From: an uncultured Candidatus Saccharibacteria bacterium
Lineage (GTDB): Bacteria > Patescibacteriota > Minisyncoccia > UBA6257 > JACOXY01
Reading direction: 5' to 3'
Length of the DNA stretch: 64,000 nt
Assembly (NCBI GenBank): GCA_964357615.1
Contig: CAYHMC010000003.1
Span: forward strand, 34,678 to 98,677
Below are positions 48,612-57,632 of this stretch, one piece after another. The position numbers were made by a program, and so were the translations under genes. The number at the start of each line of letters is the position of its first letter. Position 1 is the stretch's first letter. The notes beneath the pieces were generated by a model. The model was not told the DNA's origin. It did not search any database and was given only the letters and a program-made list of their open reading frames with translations.

Positions 48612-49973
48612 TCACAACTCAACCACTTGATTTATTTTAGGCATCTCCGCATCAATATTAAACTCAGTTTTAATTTTAGAAATCAACATTTCAGCTTGAT
48701 CCGGTTCACCCATACAAGTAAAAACATATTTCAGATTTTTTTTGGCATGACTTAACCATTCGATTAATCTTGGTTGATCAGCATGAGCTGAATAACCACC
48801 TATTGCCACAACTCTACAATTCACAGGAACTTCCTCGTCAAATATTCTAACACTAAAAGGTACGCTTTTTTTAGATTCCTCTAAAATACGCCGACCAAGT
48901 GAGCCAATTGCCTGGTAACCAATAAATAGAAGTGTGTTATTTGCATCTTGCAAATATCTTCTTGCGTGATGAATCATTCTGCCTCCCTGCATCATTCCAG
49001 AACCAGCAATAATAATTTTGGGATTTGGTGTGTTATTTATTTCTTTGGATTGTTCAGTTTGAAGCGTAGTATGAAGTCCGGGGAAATTAAAAATTTTATC
49101 TCCGCTCTCTATTAGCTTGCGTGCTTCATCGTTAAAATAAGAATCATATTTTCTATAAATCGTAGTTAGTTTAATTGCAAGAGGGCTATCTAAATAAACT
49201 GAAATGCGGGGTATTTTATTATTTTCAATCAAGTCATTTAACTGATACAAGATATCCTGAGTGCGCTCCATTGCAAAAGTTGGAATCATTAATATTCCTT
49301 TTTTTGCAATTGTCTCCTCTATTATTTTTTCAAGTTTTTCTTTTTTAAGCTCAGTTGGCTCATGAACTCTACCGCCATACGTAGATTCAATAAGAACATA
49401 ATCCACGTCATTAATAAATTCAGTTTGTTTAATAATTGGTGCGGGATAATTACCAAGGTCACCAGTAAAAGCAATTTTCTTTCCCTCTGCTTCTACTAAA
49501 TAAATTGCCGAGCCTAGTATGTGGCCAGCGTCATAAGCAGTAACTCGAACATCGCCAATAGAAACTGTTTTATGATATGGAATTCCTTCCCAAAGCTTCA
49601 TTAAAGAAATAACATTGTCGGTATTATAAAGTTCTTCCTGTTTGAGTCTATCAGTCTCTCTTTTCATTATGTGCTCTGAATCTAAAAGCAACAGCTCAGC
49701 AACATCTCGAGTGGCTTCCGTGGAATATACCTTATTTTTAAATCCTGCCCTTACCAATTTAGGCAACCTACCGGTATGATCGATGTGGGCGTGAGTTACG
49801 AACACGGCATCAATTTCAGATGGGTCATAAGGAAAAGGATTGCAGTTGATTTCATCGCAAAAACCTATGCCTTGGCGCAACCCACAATCAATTAAAATTT
49901 TCTTTCCGCTTGTTTCGAGTAAAAAATTTGAACCGGTTACTGTTTCTGTCCCTCCAAAAAAATGTAATTTCAT
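48612..49973 (-). CDS. MBL-fold beta-CASP nuclease (CPSF/RNase J-like RNA-metabolising hydrolase)
   Basis: VFVTHAHIDHTG (HxHxDH) followed by beta-CASP and a C-terminal RNA-specificity region. Confidence 0.75.
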   Translation of the reverse strand: MKLHFFGGTETVTGSNFLLETSGKKILIDCGLRQGIGFCDEINCNPFPYDPSEIDAVFVTHAHIDHTGRLPKLVRAGFKNKVYSTEATRDVAELLLLDSEHIMKRETDRLKQEELYNTDNVISLMKLWEGIPYHKTVSIGDVRVTAYDAGHILGSAIYLVEAEGKKIAFTGDLGNYPAPIIKQTEFINDVDYVLIESTYGGRVHEPTELKKEKLEKIIEETIAKKGILMIPTFAMERTQDILYQLNDLIENNKIPRISVYLDSPLAIKLTTIYRKYDSYFNDEARKLIESGDKIFNFPGLHTTLQTEQSKEINNTPNPKIIIAGSGMMQGGRMIHHARRYLQDANNTLLFIGYQAIGSLGRRILEESKKSVPFSVRIFDEEVPVNCRVVAIGGYSAHADQPRLIEWLSHAKKNLKYVFTCMGEPDQAEMLISKIKTEFNIDAEMPKINQVVEL

Positions 49974-50036
49974 AGATTAATTAATTTAATACTAGGGTAA
50001 ATAATAATGATAGTTTTTGAAACATAAAATTTAAAT

Positions 50037-50612
50037 TTATTTCTTAAGCAATTTTAGAGCTGCCTTAAGTCGCCCAGAATCTCCTTCTATCGTAGCGTCT
50101 ACTTTTTGTAGGGCCTCTTGAGCATCTCTCTGCGCATAACCTAGATTTTGAAGGGCACCGAGCACATCTGCGTCTGACTTCATTGTAGCAACCAACTCCC
50201 CACTCTCAATTCCTGTTATTTTTTCTTTTAACTCTAATATAATTCTTTCTGCTATTTTTCTACCAATACCAGATGCTTTGGTCAAAAGTTCTAAATGACC
50301 TCCTTTTATAGCGGACACTAACTTGTCGGCCGAAGTAAGGCTAAGAATACCTAGCGCTGTTTTAGGGCCAATACCAGATATACCGTTTAACAAAGCGAAA
50401 AGGTTCAAATCTTTTTCATTCAAGAAACCATAAAGAGAAACGTGGTCCTCTCGTAGGTAAAGAAATGTATATAGCCTTAGACTACTCTCAACCTGTGGCA
50501 ATTCTTTTAAAACAGAATCAGAAACAAAAATTTTATACCCAACCCCACCAACCTCTAAAAGAATAAAATTATTACCAACGGCACTTAATTTGCCAGAAAG
50601 CGTATGTATCAT
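50037..50612 (-). CDS. ruvA: Holliday junction DNA helicase RuvA
   Basis: N-terminal OB fold (LLEVGGVGYKIFVS) and HhH region (ISGIGPKTALGILS). Confidence 0.9.
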   Translation of the reverse strand: MIHTLSGKLSAVGNNFILLEVGGVGYKIFVSDSVLKELPQVESSLRLYTFLYLREDHVSLYGFLNEKDLNLFALLNGISGIGPKTALGILSLTSADKLVSAIKGGHLELLTKASGIGRKIAERIILELKEKITGIESGELVATMKSDADVLGALQNLGYAQRDAQEALQKVDATIEGDSGRLKAALKLLKK

Positions 50613-50736
50613 AAATATATTATAACTCTAAAATTAGTTTATTTCATCTTTATTTTTTTAAAAATTAGCAAACATGGTGTTGCATTATTTTAATTTTTGT
50701 TATACAATAAGAATCTAATAATAACTAGCAAACGAT

Positions 50737-50997
50737 ATGCCAATCACTAAATCAGCCAAAAAGGCACTGCGCCAAAGCGTAAAAAGACGCGTATTAAACA
50801 TAGCAAAAAAGGAAACCTACAAAAAAGAATTGAAGAATTTTAGAAAATTAATTGCTTCGAAGAATATAGAGGGCGCCAAAACCCTACTTCCTAAAGTTTT
50901 TAAAGCGCTAGACAAAGCAGCTAAGACAAATGTTATAAAAAAGGGCAAAGCCAATCGACTCAAATCTAGAATAGCTCTTAACTTTAAATCAAAGTAA
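50737..50997 (+). CDS. rpsT: 30S ribosomal protein S20
   Basis: MPITKSAKKALRQSVKRR… A terminator follows at 51010..51030 (ACGCC tttc GGCGT followed by T5). Confidence 0.85.
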   Translation: MPITKSAKKALRQSVKRRVLNIAKKETYKKELKNFRKLIASKNIEGAKTLLPKVFKALDKAAKTNVIKKGKANRLKSRIALNFKSK

Positions 50998-51031
50998 TTT
51001 AAACATAAAAACGCCTTTCGGCGTTTTTATG

Positions 51032-51817
51032 TTATTGCAATGAAAGCTCAAGAAGCGCTTCATTGTATTCAATCTTTCCGGATTTGATTTCTATATCATA
51101 ATCAGCAAATCGCCTTATTTGACCTGGGTCTTGATACGCCAATATATTAAAAATTTTTGCGGAATCGTTTTTGAAATTAAACAGCCTTTCAAGGGTTGCT
51201 AGTTTTTCTATATACGATTTTCTAAACCACCCTGATATATATGAGAAAAAATCATTTTCTATAAATATTCCACAATTTTTTAACAAATCTAATGTTATAG
51301 GAGAAGAATTAATGAGCGACAATTTATTTAACTCTTCTGTGACACCCCATGAATCACCATTAAAAGCTCTGGATAGATATTCAATAATTTTTGCCTCTAA
51401 ATTCATGTTTCTTTTCTTCGATTCTTGATGAATAAATTCAGAAAAATCCCCTGCGCCGAGTTTTTTAAACTCCTGTACAAGATTTGGTTTAGCGCTTAAG
51501 AATTGAATATCTTTTGTAATCTTATCTGTCTCGTCACTTATAATGACTACGGTTTTATCGTTTAAAATATTTTTAAACAACGACTTTAAGCTGGTGTGAT
51601 TTAGTTCACTAATCCAGTTCTTTAGTACGATTAATTTAGAGTCTTGAAATAAGCTTGTGGTGGCTAAAAAAACACTTGCTTTTTGAAAGGCGTTATCATC
51701 CAAAGCATCAATTATCTCATATGCTAAGCTTGAATTTTTTTTAAGAAAGCTCGTAACTAACTCTTCGAGTTTTTTCTTTCGCCTGTATGCATCTTGTCCA
51801 TGAAGGGTGATAATCAT
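51032..51817 (-). CDS. holA: DNA polymerase III delta subunit-like protein
   Basis: The N-terminus IITLHGQDAYRRKKKLEEL resembles HolA. Shorter (261 aa) than typical. Confidence 0.4.
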   Translation of the reverse strand: MIITLHGQDAYRRKKKLEELVTSFLKKNSSLAYEIIDALDDNAFQKASVFLATTSLFQDSKLIVLKNWISELNHTSLKSLFKNILNDKTVVIISDETDKITKDIQFLSAKPNLVQEFKKLGAGDFSEFIHQESKKRNMNLEAKIIEYLSRAFNGDSWGVTEELNKLSLINSSPITLDLLKNCGIFIENDFFSYISGWFRKSYIEKLATLERLFNFKNDSAKIFNILAYQDPGQIRRFADYDIEIKSGKIEYNEALLELSLQ

Positions 51818-51875
51818 TGGTAATTAATTTAAAAAAAATATTATTTAAGAGTAGAATATTTAGCGTTTCCCTTTA

Positions 51876-53201
51876 CTAATCAAGTATAGTTTCTTTTTTG
51901 GGTATAAGATTAGGGTCCGTAGGGAGAAAGAAATGAAAAGTAGTTCCACGATTTAATTCAGATTCCACTCTCATATCTCCACCATGCCTTTTAATGATAT
52001 TTTTTGTTATATATAATCCAAGACCAGAACCCTCGGTTTGAATTTTTACAATATTCTCGCCTCGGAAAAATTTTGTAAAAAGCTTTTCAAGATTCTCAGA
52101 CGAAACACCAATCCCAGTATCAGCAATAGATATATCTATAAACGGGGAGTCAGTTAGCTTAGAAATTTTTACCGTTACAGACCCGTTTTTAACATTATAT
52201 TTTATGGCGTTATCTATTACATTGTTAAATGCTAATGCTAATTTTTCTTTATCTGCAATAATAACAATTTTTTCGTCTCCAGACTGATCGAGATATAAAT
52301 TAACTCCATATTCCTCTGCGGCAGCGCTATCAGCGCTAAGTATCTCATTAATAAATTGAACTAAATCAATTTCAGCAAATTGGTAACCAAATTTACCTTC
52401 TTCAATTTTTGCAACATCCAATAAATCATTTACAATTTTAGATAACTTGTTAGCCGCCTTAAGGCCATTATCCACAAACATTTTACCCTCATCACTTAAT
52501 GCTGATTCTTTTTTTAATGTTTCCATTGTCCAAGAAAGAGCATTTACTGGAGTGCGTAATTGGTGCGCAGCCACGGTGATAAAAGCACTTTTTGATTTAA
52601 GTAGTTCTATTTGGCGTGTTCTATCATTTATTATTTTTACAAAACCCAACAATCTCCCGCCAGGATCTAAAACTCTAGTAGTTGTTACCCTAAGTTCAAG
52701 ACCCGAGTCATCGAAGGATATATCAACTATTTGAATATTTGACCCAATCTCAGTTCGATTAACACTTGTGGCCGCAAGAGATGGAAACATGGACTGCATT
52801 AGTGTTTTTGACTTCATTTTAGAAGCGTAATCAAGCGAAAATATTTTTCCAATTACTGCCTCTGCTGGCATTCCGAAAATATTCTCCGAAGCACGATTGA
52901 AAACCAAAATTTTAAAATCAGTATCATATGCGATTATACCATCCTGAAGATTAAAAATAATGCTCTTCATCTGGTTCCTTTCTAATTTAATCTCCAAATT
53001 TGTGGTTGCCAGCCTTAAGCTGATAGCTAAAATAGAAGCCCCAACAATTGAAAGTAGGACAATGGATATATAGTTAGACCCTGGAATGTTTAGTAAATTA
53101 ACAATAATAAAAACAATTGCAACTATCAAAAAAATCCAAAATGTAACCAGTTCTGGAAGAGAAGCGTAAATTTTTATTTTTTTAAAAAGGTGCTTAAACA
53201 T
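51876..53201 (-). CDS. Sensor histidine kinase (TM + PAS + HisKA + HATPase)
   Basis: H-box AAHQLRTPVNAL. N, G1 and G2 boxes (DTGIGV…GSGLGLYITK). No adjacent response regulator. Confidence 0.8.
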   Translation of the reverse strand: MFKHLFKKIKIYASLPELVTFWIFLIVAIVFIIVNLLNIPGSNYISIVLLSIVGASILAISLRLATTNLEIKLERNQMKSIIFNLQDGIIAYDTDFKILVFNRASENIFGMPAEAVIGKIFSLDYASKMKSKTLMQSMFPSLAATSVNRTEIGSNIQIVDISFDDSGLELRVTTTRVLDPGGRLLGFVKIINDRTRQIELLKSKSAFITVAAHQLRTPVNALSWTMETLKKESALSDEGKMFVDNGLKAANKLSKIVNDLLDVAKIEEGKFGYQFAEIDLVQFINEILSADSAAAEEYGVNLYLDQSGDEKIVIIADKEKLALAFNNVIDNAIKYNVKNGSVTVKISKLTDSPFIDISIADTGIGVSSENLEKLFTKFFRGENIVKIQTEGSGLGLYITKNIIKRHGGDMRVESELNRGTTFHFFLPTDPNLIPKKETILD

Positions 53202-53204
53202 CCT

Positions 53205-55694
53205 TTACGAAAGATCAGCTAGGTTTTCTCCTTTTTTTATATTCACAATAAGTGGCACAGTTTGCGAATATGCAGACTCCATTATTTTTCGAATTAAATT
53301 CTCTGCTTCTTTAAGCATATCATCACGAACTTCAAACAACAATTCATCGTGTATAGAAAGCAATAGCACAATACTTTCACTCCATGATTTATTTTTACTT
53401 ATGGCTTCATCTATTTGAATCATGCTGAGCTTAATAATATCTGCGCCTAGGCTCTGAATTGGCATATTAAGAACAACTCTTTCTGCTGCGCTAGATTCCC
53501 TAGATCCACCAAATCGAATTGCTGGAACGCGCCTTAGTCGCCCGTTTAAGTTTCTAACCAAGCCACTATTTTTTGATTCAGCTTTTATTCGTTCTTGCCA
53601 TTCTTTTACGCCACTAAACTCTTTGAAATAATTTGTTATAAATTTTTTTGCTTCGTCTTGCTTGATACCAGCGGACTTAGAAAATGCACGAGGACCCATT
53701 CCATAAACAATTCCAAAATTTAATGTCTTTGCCAGTCGTCTTTCTGTGAGAGTTACATCTCCAAGCGGAATATTAAGCACGGTGCTCGCTGTTATACTAT
53801 GAATATCGTCTCCATTTTTAAATGCATTTATCATTTTAGTATCATTTGATAACGATGCTAAAATTCGAAGTTCTAGTTGAGAATAATCAAAAGAAACGAA
53901 TTTAAAACCAGGCGTTGGCACAAATGTTCTGCGAAGCTTATCTGCTAAATTATTTCCAATTGGAATATTTTGTAAATTTGGATTTTGAGAAGATAATCTT
54001 CCGGTGGCCGCGCCTGTTTGAATAAAATTAGTACGAATTCTTCCGTCTTTATCGCATAATTCTAAAATTGGTTTAATGTATGTCGACAATAATTTGTGTA
54101 ATTCTCGATACAATATTATAGATGATACAATCGGATGAGCTGATTCTAAATCCCTTAAAACCTCTTCGTCTGTTGAAAGTTTTCCTTTCGGGGTTTTTTT
54201 ATTCTTCGCTCCACCAAGGTGAAGTTTTTCAAAAATAAGCTCTCCTAATTGCTGTTGGGAATTCAGATTTATTTTTTTATCAGCCACTTTATAAATTGCG
54301 TCTTCGCACGCCTTAAGTTCTTTCTGAATTTCTTTTTTTAACTTAATGAGATTATCGCGGTGAATTGCAATTCCTCTACTTTCCATTTTAGCCAAAACTT
54401 CAATTAACGGGATTTCGATTTTTTCAAAAATTTTTTTGAGATTATTTTGTTCTATTTCTTTTTTGATGAAGTTATAAGCCGAAATATAATCATCGTCGTT
54501 ACCATGCCACTCATAACCCATAAATTTTACAAAAAGATCTTCAGGTAAGTATTTTTTAAAATCTGAATAACACACCCAATATCCAATACCTATATCAAAA
54601 AAAGGGCCGTTTACTCTAATGTTTTTTAGATGACATTCCTTAATAATCTCTTTTAAATTAAAACCGATTTTAAGTTTATTTGATGTTAGCTCTGGACTAT
54701 AAATTATATTTTTACCGTCCTTTAAAATAATTAAATCGTTTCGAATGGGATTTTTTACCACAACATTTTCTGCAAATAAGTTTAGAGTTTTTGATGAATT
54801 GTCTTTTTTAATTGAGCTATTAGTTGGTCCACTTACGCCATTAAATCTTTTTATCAAACTCTCAAATCCTTGAAACTCAAAATAGGGCAATAACTTTTCT
54901 GGTATTTGCTCTGTGCTAAGCTCTGAAATATCTACTTCAGGCAACGGGGCATCCCTACGAATATAAACCAGCCTTCTAAAAAGGGCGATGTTTTCTTCTT
55001 GTCCCTTAAACTTACTTACATATTTTGGCTCATTTTGAATTCCGGAAACAATATTCTCTAAAGTTCCATATTTTTTAAGTAATTCACTAGCGGTCTTAGG
55101 GCCAACTCCAGCGATACCTGGAATATTGTCAGACTGATCTCCCACAAGCGTTTTGTAATCTGGGAGTTTTTCTGGCGGAATCCCGTATCTATTAATGACC
55201 GCTTGCTCGTTATATGTTTCAGTGCTTGAAACTCCGACCTTCAATGTCTTTACAGTTATCCTATCCTTAACAACTAGCTGTAATGCATCTAAATCTCCTG
55301 TTAATATTTGTATTGATAAGTCTGGGGTATTCGAAAACCTATGGGCGAATGTTCCTATTAAATCATCGGCCTCGAATCCTGGAAGTTCATACGCAACTAT
55401 ACCAAACGCATTAAAAAGATTTCGCGCTTCAATAAGTTGCGAAATAAGAGCATCTGGGGCTTTTGGACGCTGAGCTTTGTATTCTTTAAATTCAATTTTT
55501 CGAAATGTTGGTTCTGGACGATCAAAAAAGGCAGCTGCGTAGTCTGGTCTTTCATCACGCCATACTCTAAGCAAAATACTGGACACGCCATAAAGAGCTT
55601 GGGTTGGTTTGCCGTTTTTATCTGTCATTGTTGGAAGCGCATGAAATGCTCGATGTATAAGCGCATTCGCGTCGATTAACAAAAGTTTTTTCAT
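53205..55694 (-). CDS. polA: DNA polymerase I (5'-3' exonuclease + polymerase; no recognisable 3'-5' exo motifs)
   Basis: FEN domain at the N-terminus. Polymerase motifs A (DYSQLELRILA), B (RRLAKTLNFGIVYG) and C (HDE). Confidence 0.9.
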   Translation of the reverse strand: MKKLLLIDANALIHRAFHALPTMTDKNGKPTQALYGVSSILLRVWRDERPDYAAAFFDRPEPTFRKIEFKEYKAQRPKAPDALISQLIEARNLFNAFGIVAYELPGFEADDLIGTFAHRFSNTPDLSIQILTGDLDALQLVVKDRITVKTLKVGVSSTETYNEQAVINRYGIPPEKLPDYKTLVGDQSDNIPGIAGVGPKTASELLKKYGTLENIVSGIQNEPKYVSKFKGQEENIALFRRLVYIRRDAPLPEVDISELSTEQIPEKLLPYFEFQGFESLIKRFNGVSGPTNSSIKKDNSSKTLNLFAENVVVKNPIRNDLIILKDGKNIIYSPELTSNKLKIGFNLKEIIKECHLKNIRVNGPFFDIGIGYWVCYSDFKKYLPEDLFVKFMGYEWHGNDDDYISAYNFIKKEIEQNNLKKIFEKIEIPLIEVLAKMESRGIAIHRDNLIKLKKEIQKELKACEDAIYKVADKKINLNSQQQLGELIFEKLHLGGAKNKKTPKGKLSTDEEVLRDLESAHPIVSSIILYRELHKLLSTYIKPILELCDKDGRIRTNFIQTGAATGRLSSQNPNLQNIPIGNNLADKLRRTFVPTPGFKFVSFDYSQLELRILASLSNDTKMINAFKNGDDIHSITASTVLNIPLGDVTLTERRLAKTLNFGIVYGMGPRAFSKSAGIKQDEAKKFITNYFKEFSGVKEWQERIKAESKNSGLVRNLNGRLRRVPAIRFGGSRESSAAERVVLNMPIQSLGADIIKLSMIQIDEAISKNKSWSESIVLLLSIHDELLFEVRDDMLKEAENLIRKIMESAYSQTVPLIVNIKKGENLADLS

Positions 55695-55709
55695 TTTTTC
55701 GATATATTT

Positions 55710-56192
55710 TTATTTAAATAATTTACTAAAATGCACATTGTCCACTTTGATTATTCTCTCATTGTTTTTAGCTCCATGTTCAAAATAAATCCAAATGGTT
55801 TCTTTGGGGAGTATTTTTTTAATTTTACCAGCCCACTCAATTAGAATTATTCTTTTTTTCTCCTTTAATATTTTAGTTAAATTTACCGCTTGGATTATTT
55901 CTGTTTTGTTTAGGCGGTATGCATCAATATGATAAGTTTTTTTATAATACTTACTTAGCCCAGTAAACCCGCTTGGATAATACTCTCTCATAATAACAAA
56001 AGTGGGGCTAGCGATTTTATTTTTAACTCCGATATATTTTAAAAAATTTTTAACAAAAAATGTTTTGCCGCTACCTAAATCGCCAATCAACCCAAACACG
56101 AGTGAGGATCTTTGTTTTTTATTTGTCTTTGCAATTTCATTAATTATTTTTAAAATAATTTCTTTTGTTTGTTTCTCTGAGTTTGATTTCAT
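55710..56192 (-). CDS. tsaE: tRNA t6A biosynthesis protein TsaE
   Basis: P-loop GDLGSGKTFFVK, typical length. Confidence 0.8.
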   Translation of the reverse strand: MKSNSEKQTKEIILKIINEIAKTNKKQRSSLVFGLIGDLGSGKTFFVKNFLKYIGVKNKIASPTFVIMREYYPSGFTGLSKYYKKTYHIDAYRLNKTEIIQAVNLTKILKEKKRIILIEWAGKIKKILPKETIWIYFEHGAKNNERIIKVDNVHFSKLFK

Positions 56193-56266
56193 ATCTACTA
56201 TTGAATTAAAAAATTAACTAACAATGAATTAGATTAAATTCATTAAAACAAATCAGTGGTCTCTCT

Positions 56267-57301
56267 TTAAATTAACGAACCGCCAGGCCTCAGCCCTAAG
56301 TGCTTATAAGCTAACTCGGTAGCAATACGCCCACTGGGTGTTCTTTCTAAAAATCCTAAACTCATTAGATATGGCTCATAAACATCCTCAATCGTTCCTT
56401 TGTCTTCATTTAATGCTGCGGCAAGCGCATTAATACCAACTGGTCCGCCACTAAATTTTGAAATGACTGTTTCAAGAAAGCGCCTATCAGAATCCTCAAG
56501 ACCACCCTCATCAATACCTAGAAAGCTTAGGGCTTTTTTACAAATTTGCTCGTCAACCAAACCTTGGCCCTTAACTTCAGCGAAATCACGAACACGCTTA
56601 AGCAAGCGATTAGCCACGCGTGGCGTAGCTCTACTAGCTTTAGCTAAAACATTAATAGCTCCGTCGTCTATTTTAACACCCAAAAGCTTACTAGATCTTT
56701 TAACGACTTGAACGATATCGTTTAAGTCATAGTAATCCAACTTAAATGTTGCCCCAAACCTAGACCTTAGTGGACCAGAGAGCAGGCTCATACGAGTTGT
56801 TGCGGCTATAAGCGTAAACGGTGGCAAATCTAAAGTAATACTTCTAGCTCCTGGCCCCTTACCAACCATTAAGTGAAGTTTGCGTGATTCAAGGGCTGGA
56901 TAAAAAACTTCTTCTATTAGCCTATTCAACCTGTGAATTTCATCGATAAAAAGCACATCACCTTCTTCGAGATTACTTAAAACAGCGGCAATGTCTCCTG
57001 TTTTTTCTAATGTAGGTCCTGAGGTAATTTTTATAGCGCTACCCATTTCCCTGCAAACCAAGTGAGCGAGGGTAGTTTTGCCAAGCCCCGCTTGCCCATA
57101 GAACAATAGGTGGTCTATGCATTCTTTCCTTCTCCTCGCAGCCTCAATGATAATTTTAAGATTCTTTTTGACCGTTTCTTGACCAACATATTCATCCCAA
57201 GTCGTTGGACGCAAAATTTGATCAATATTTCCAGTTGGTTCACTATCTTTCTTTGACTTTTCTTCTTTTTCAGCTTTGTCGTTTTGTTTTTTATCTATCA
57301 T
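56267..57301 (-). CDS. ruvB: Holliday junction DNA helicase RuvB
   Basis: Walker A GQAGLGKTTLA and Walker B LFIDEIHRL. Winged-helix C-terminus. Confidence 0.9.
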   Translation of the reverse strand: MIDKKQNDKAEKEEKSKKDSEPTGNIDQILRPTTWDEYVGQETVKKNLKIIIEAARRRKECIDHLLFYGQAGLGKTTLAHLVCREMGSAIKITSGPTLEKTGDIAAVLSNLEEGDVLFIDEIHRLNRLIEEVFYPALESRKLHLMVGKGPGARSITLDLPPFTLIAATTRMSLLSGPLRSRFGATFKLDYYDLNDIVQVVKRSSKLLGVKIDDGAINVLAKASRATPRVANRLLKRVRDFAEVKGQGLVDEQICKKALSFLGIDEGGLEDSDRRFLETVISKFSGGPVGINALAAALNEDKGTIEDVYEPYLMSLGFLERTPSGRIATELAYKHLGLRPGGSLI

Positions 57302-57396
57302 GATTATTAGTATTTATACACTAAAACGGTCGAAATTACAGTTTTTTCACTAATTTAGCTCGAATGATTCTAGTAATGGCCCCTAAATATAGGGGG

Positions 57397-57425
57397 TTGA
57401 CATTTTCATTTTTTTATGCTAATAT
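57397..57425 (+). promoter_or_regulatory. Consensus sigma70 promoter TTGACA-17-TAATAT in an intergenic region with no downstream ORF
   Basis: Exact -35 hexamer, 17-nt spacer, and a near-consensus -10. Confidence 0.5.
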
Positions 57426-57431
57426 TTGTAC

Positions 57432-57632
57432 GATATTTGTTCTTTGTTTGGGTCTGTGGGCGGGAATTTCTTTTAGCACCAAGGATTGTCTGGCTTCGGC
57501 TGGACTTCTCCTCGAAGGAATTCTAACCTCTTTTTATTTTAAGAAGAGACTAATTTAGTCCCTCCCACCAGTTTTGCTGATTATTCGGCAAAAGTGGCGG
57601 GGGGGCATATGCCCACAGACCCAAACAAAAAA
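57432..57632 (+). ncRNA. Candidate structured sRNA (~200 nt), 6S-like closed-hairpin architecture; identity unresolved
   Basis: TTGTTTGGGTCTGTGGGC (57444..57461) pairs perfectly with GCCCACAGACCCAAACAA (57611..57628). Internal hairpins, including a UUCG loop. No ORF. Confidence 0.35.

Noticed and set aside
57380-57396. Hairpin CCCCTAAATATAGGGG as a terminator
   Set aside because: It sits upstream of the ruvB start and just 5' of the -35 of the orphan promoter, with no U-run on either strand. More likely an UP-region or operator structure than a terminator.
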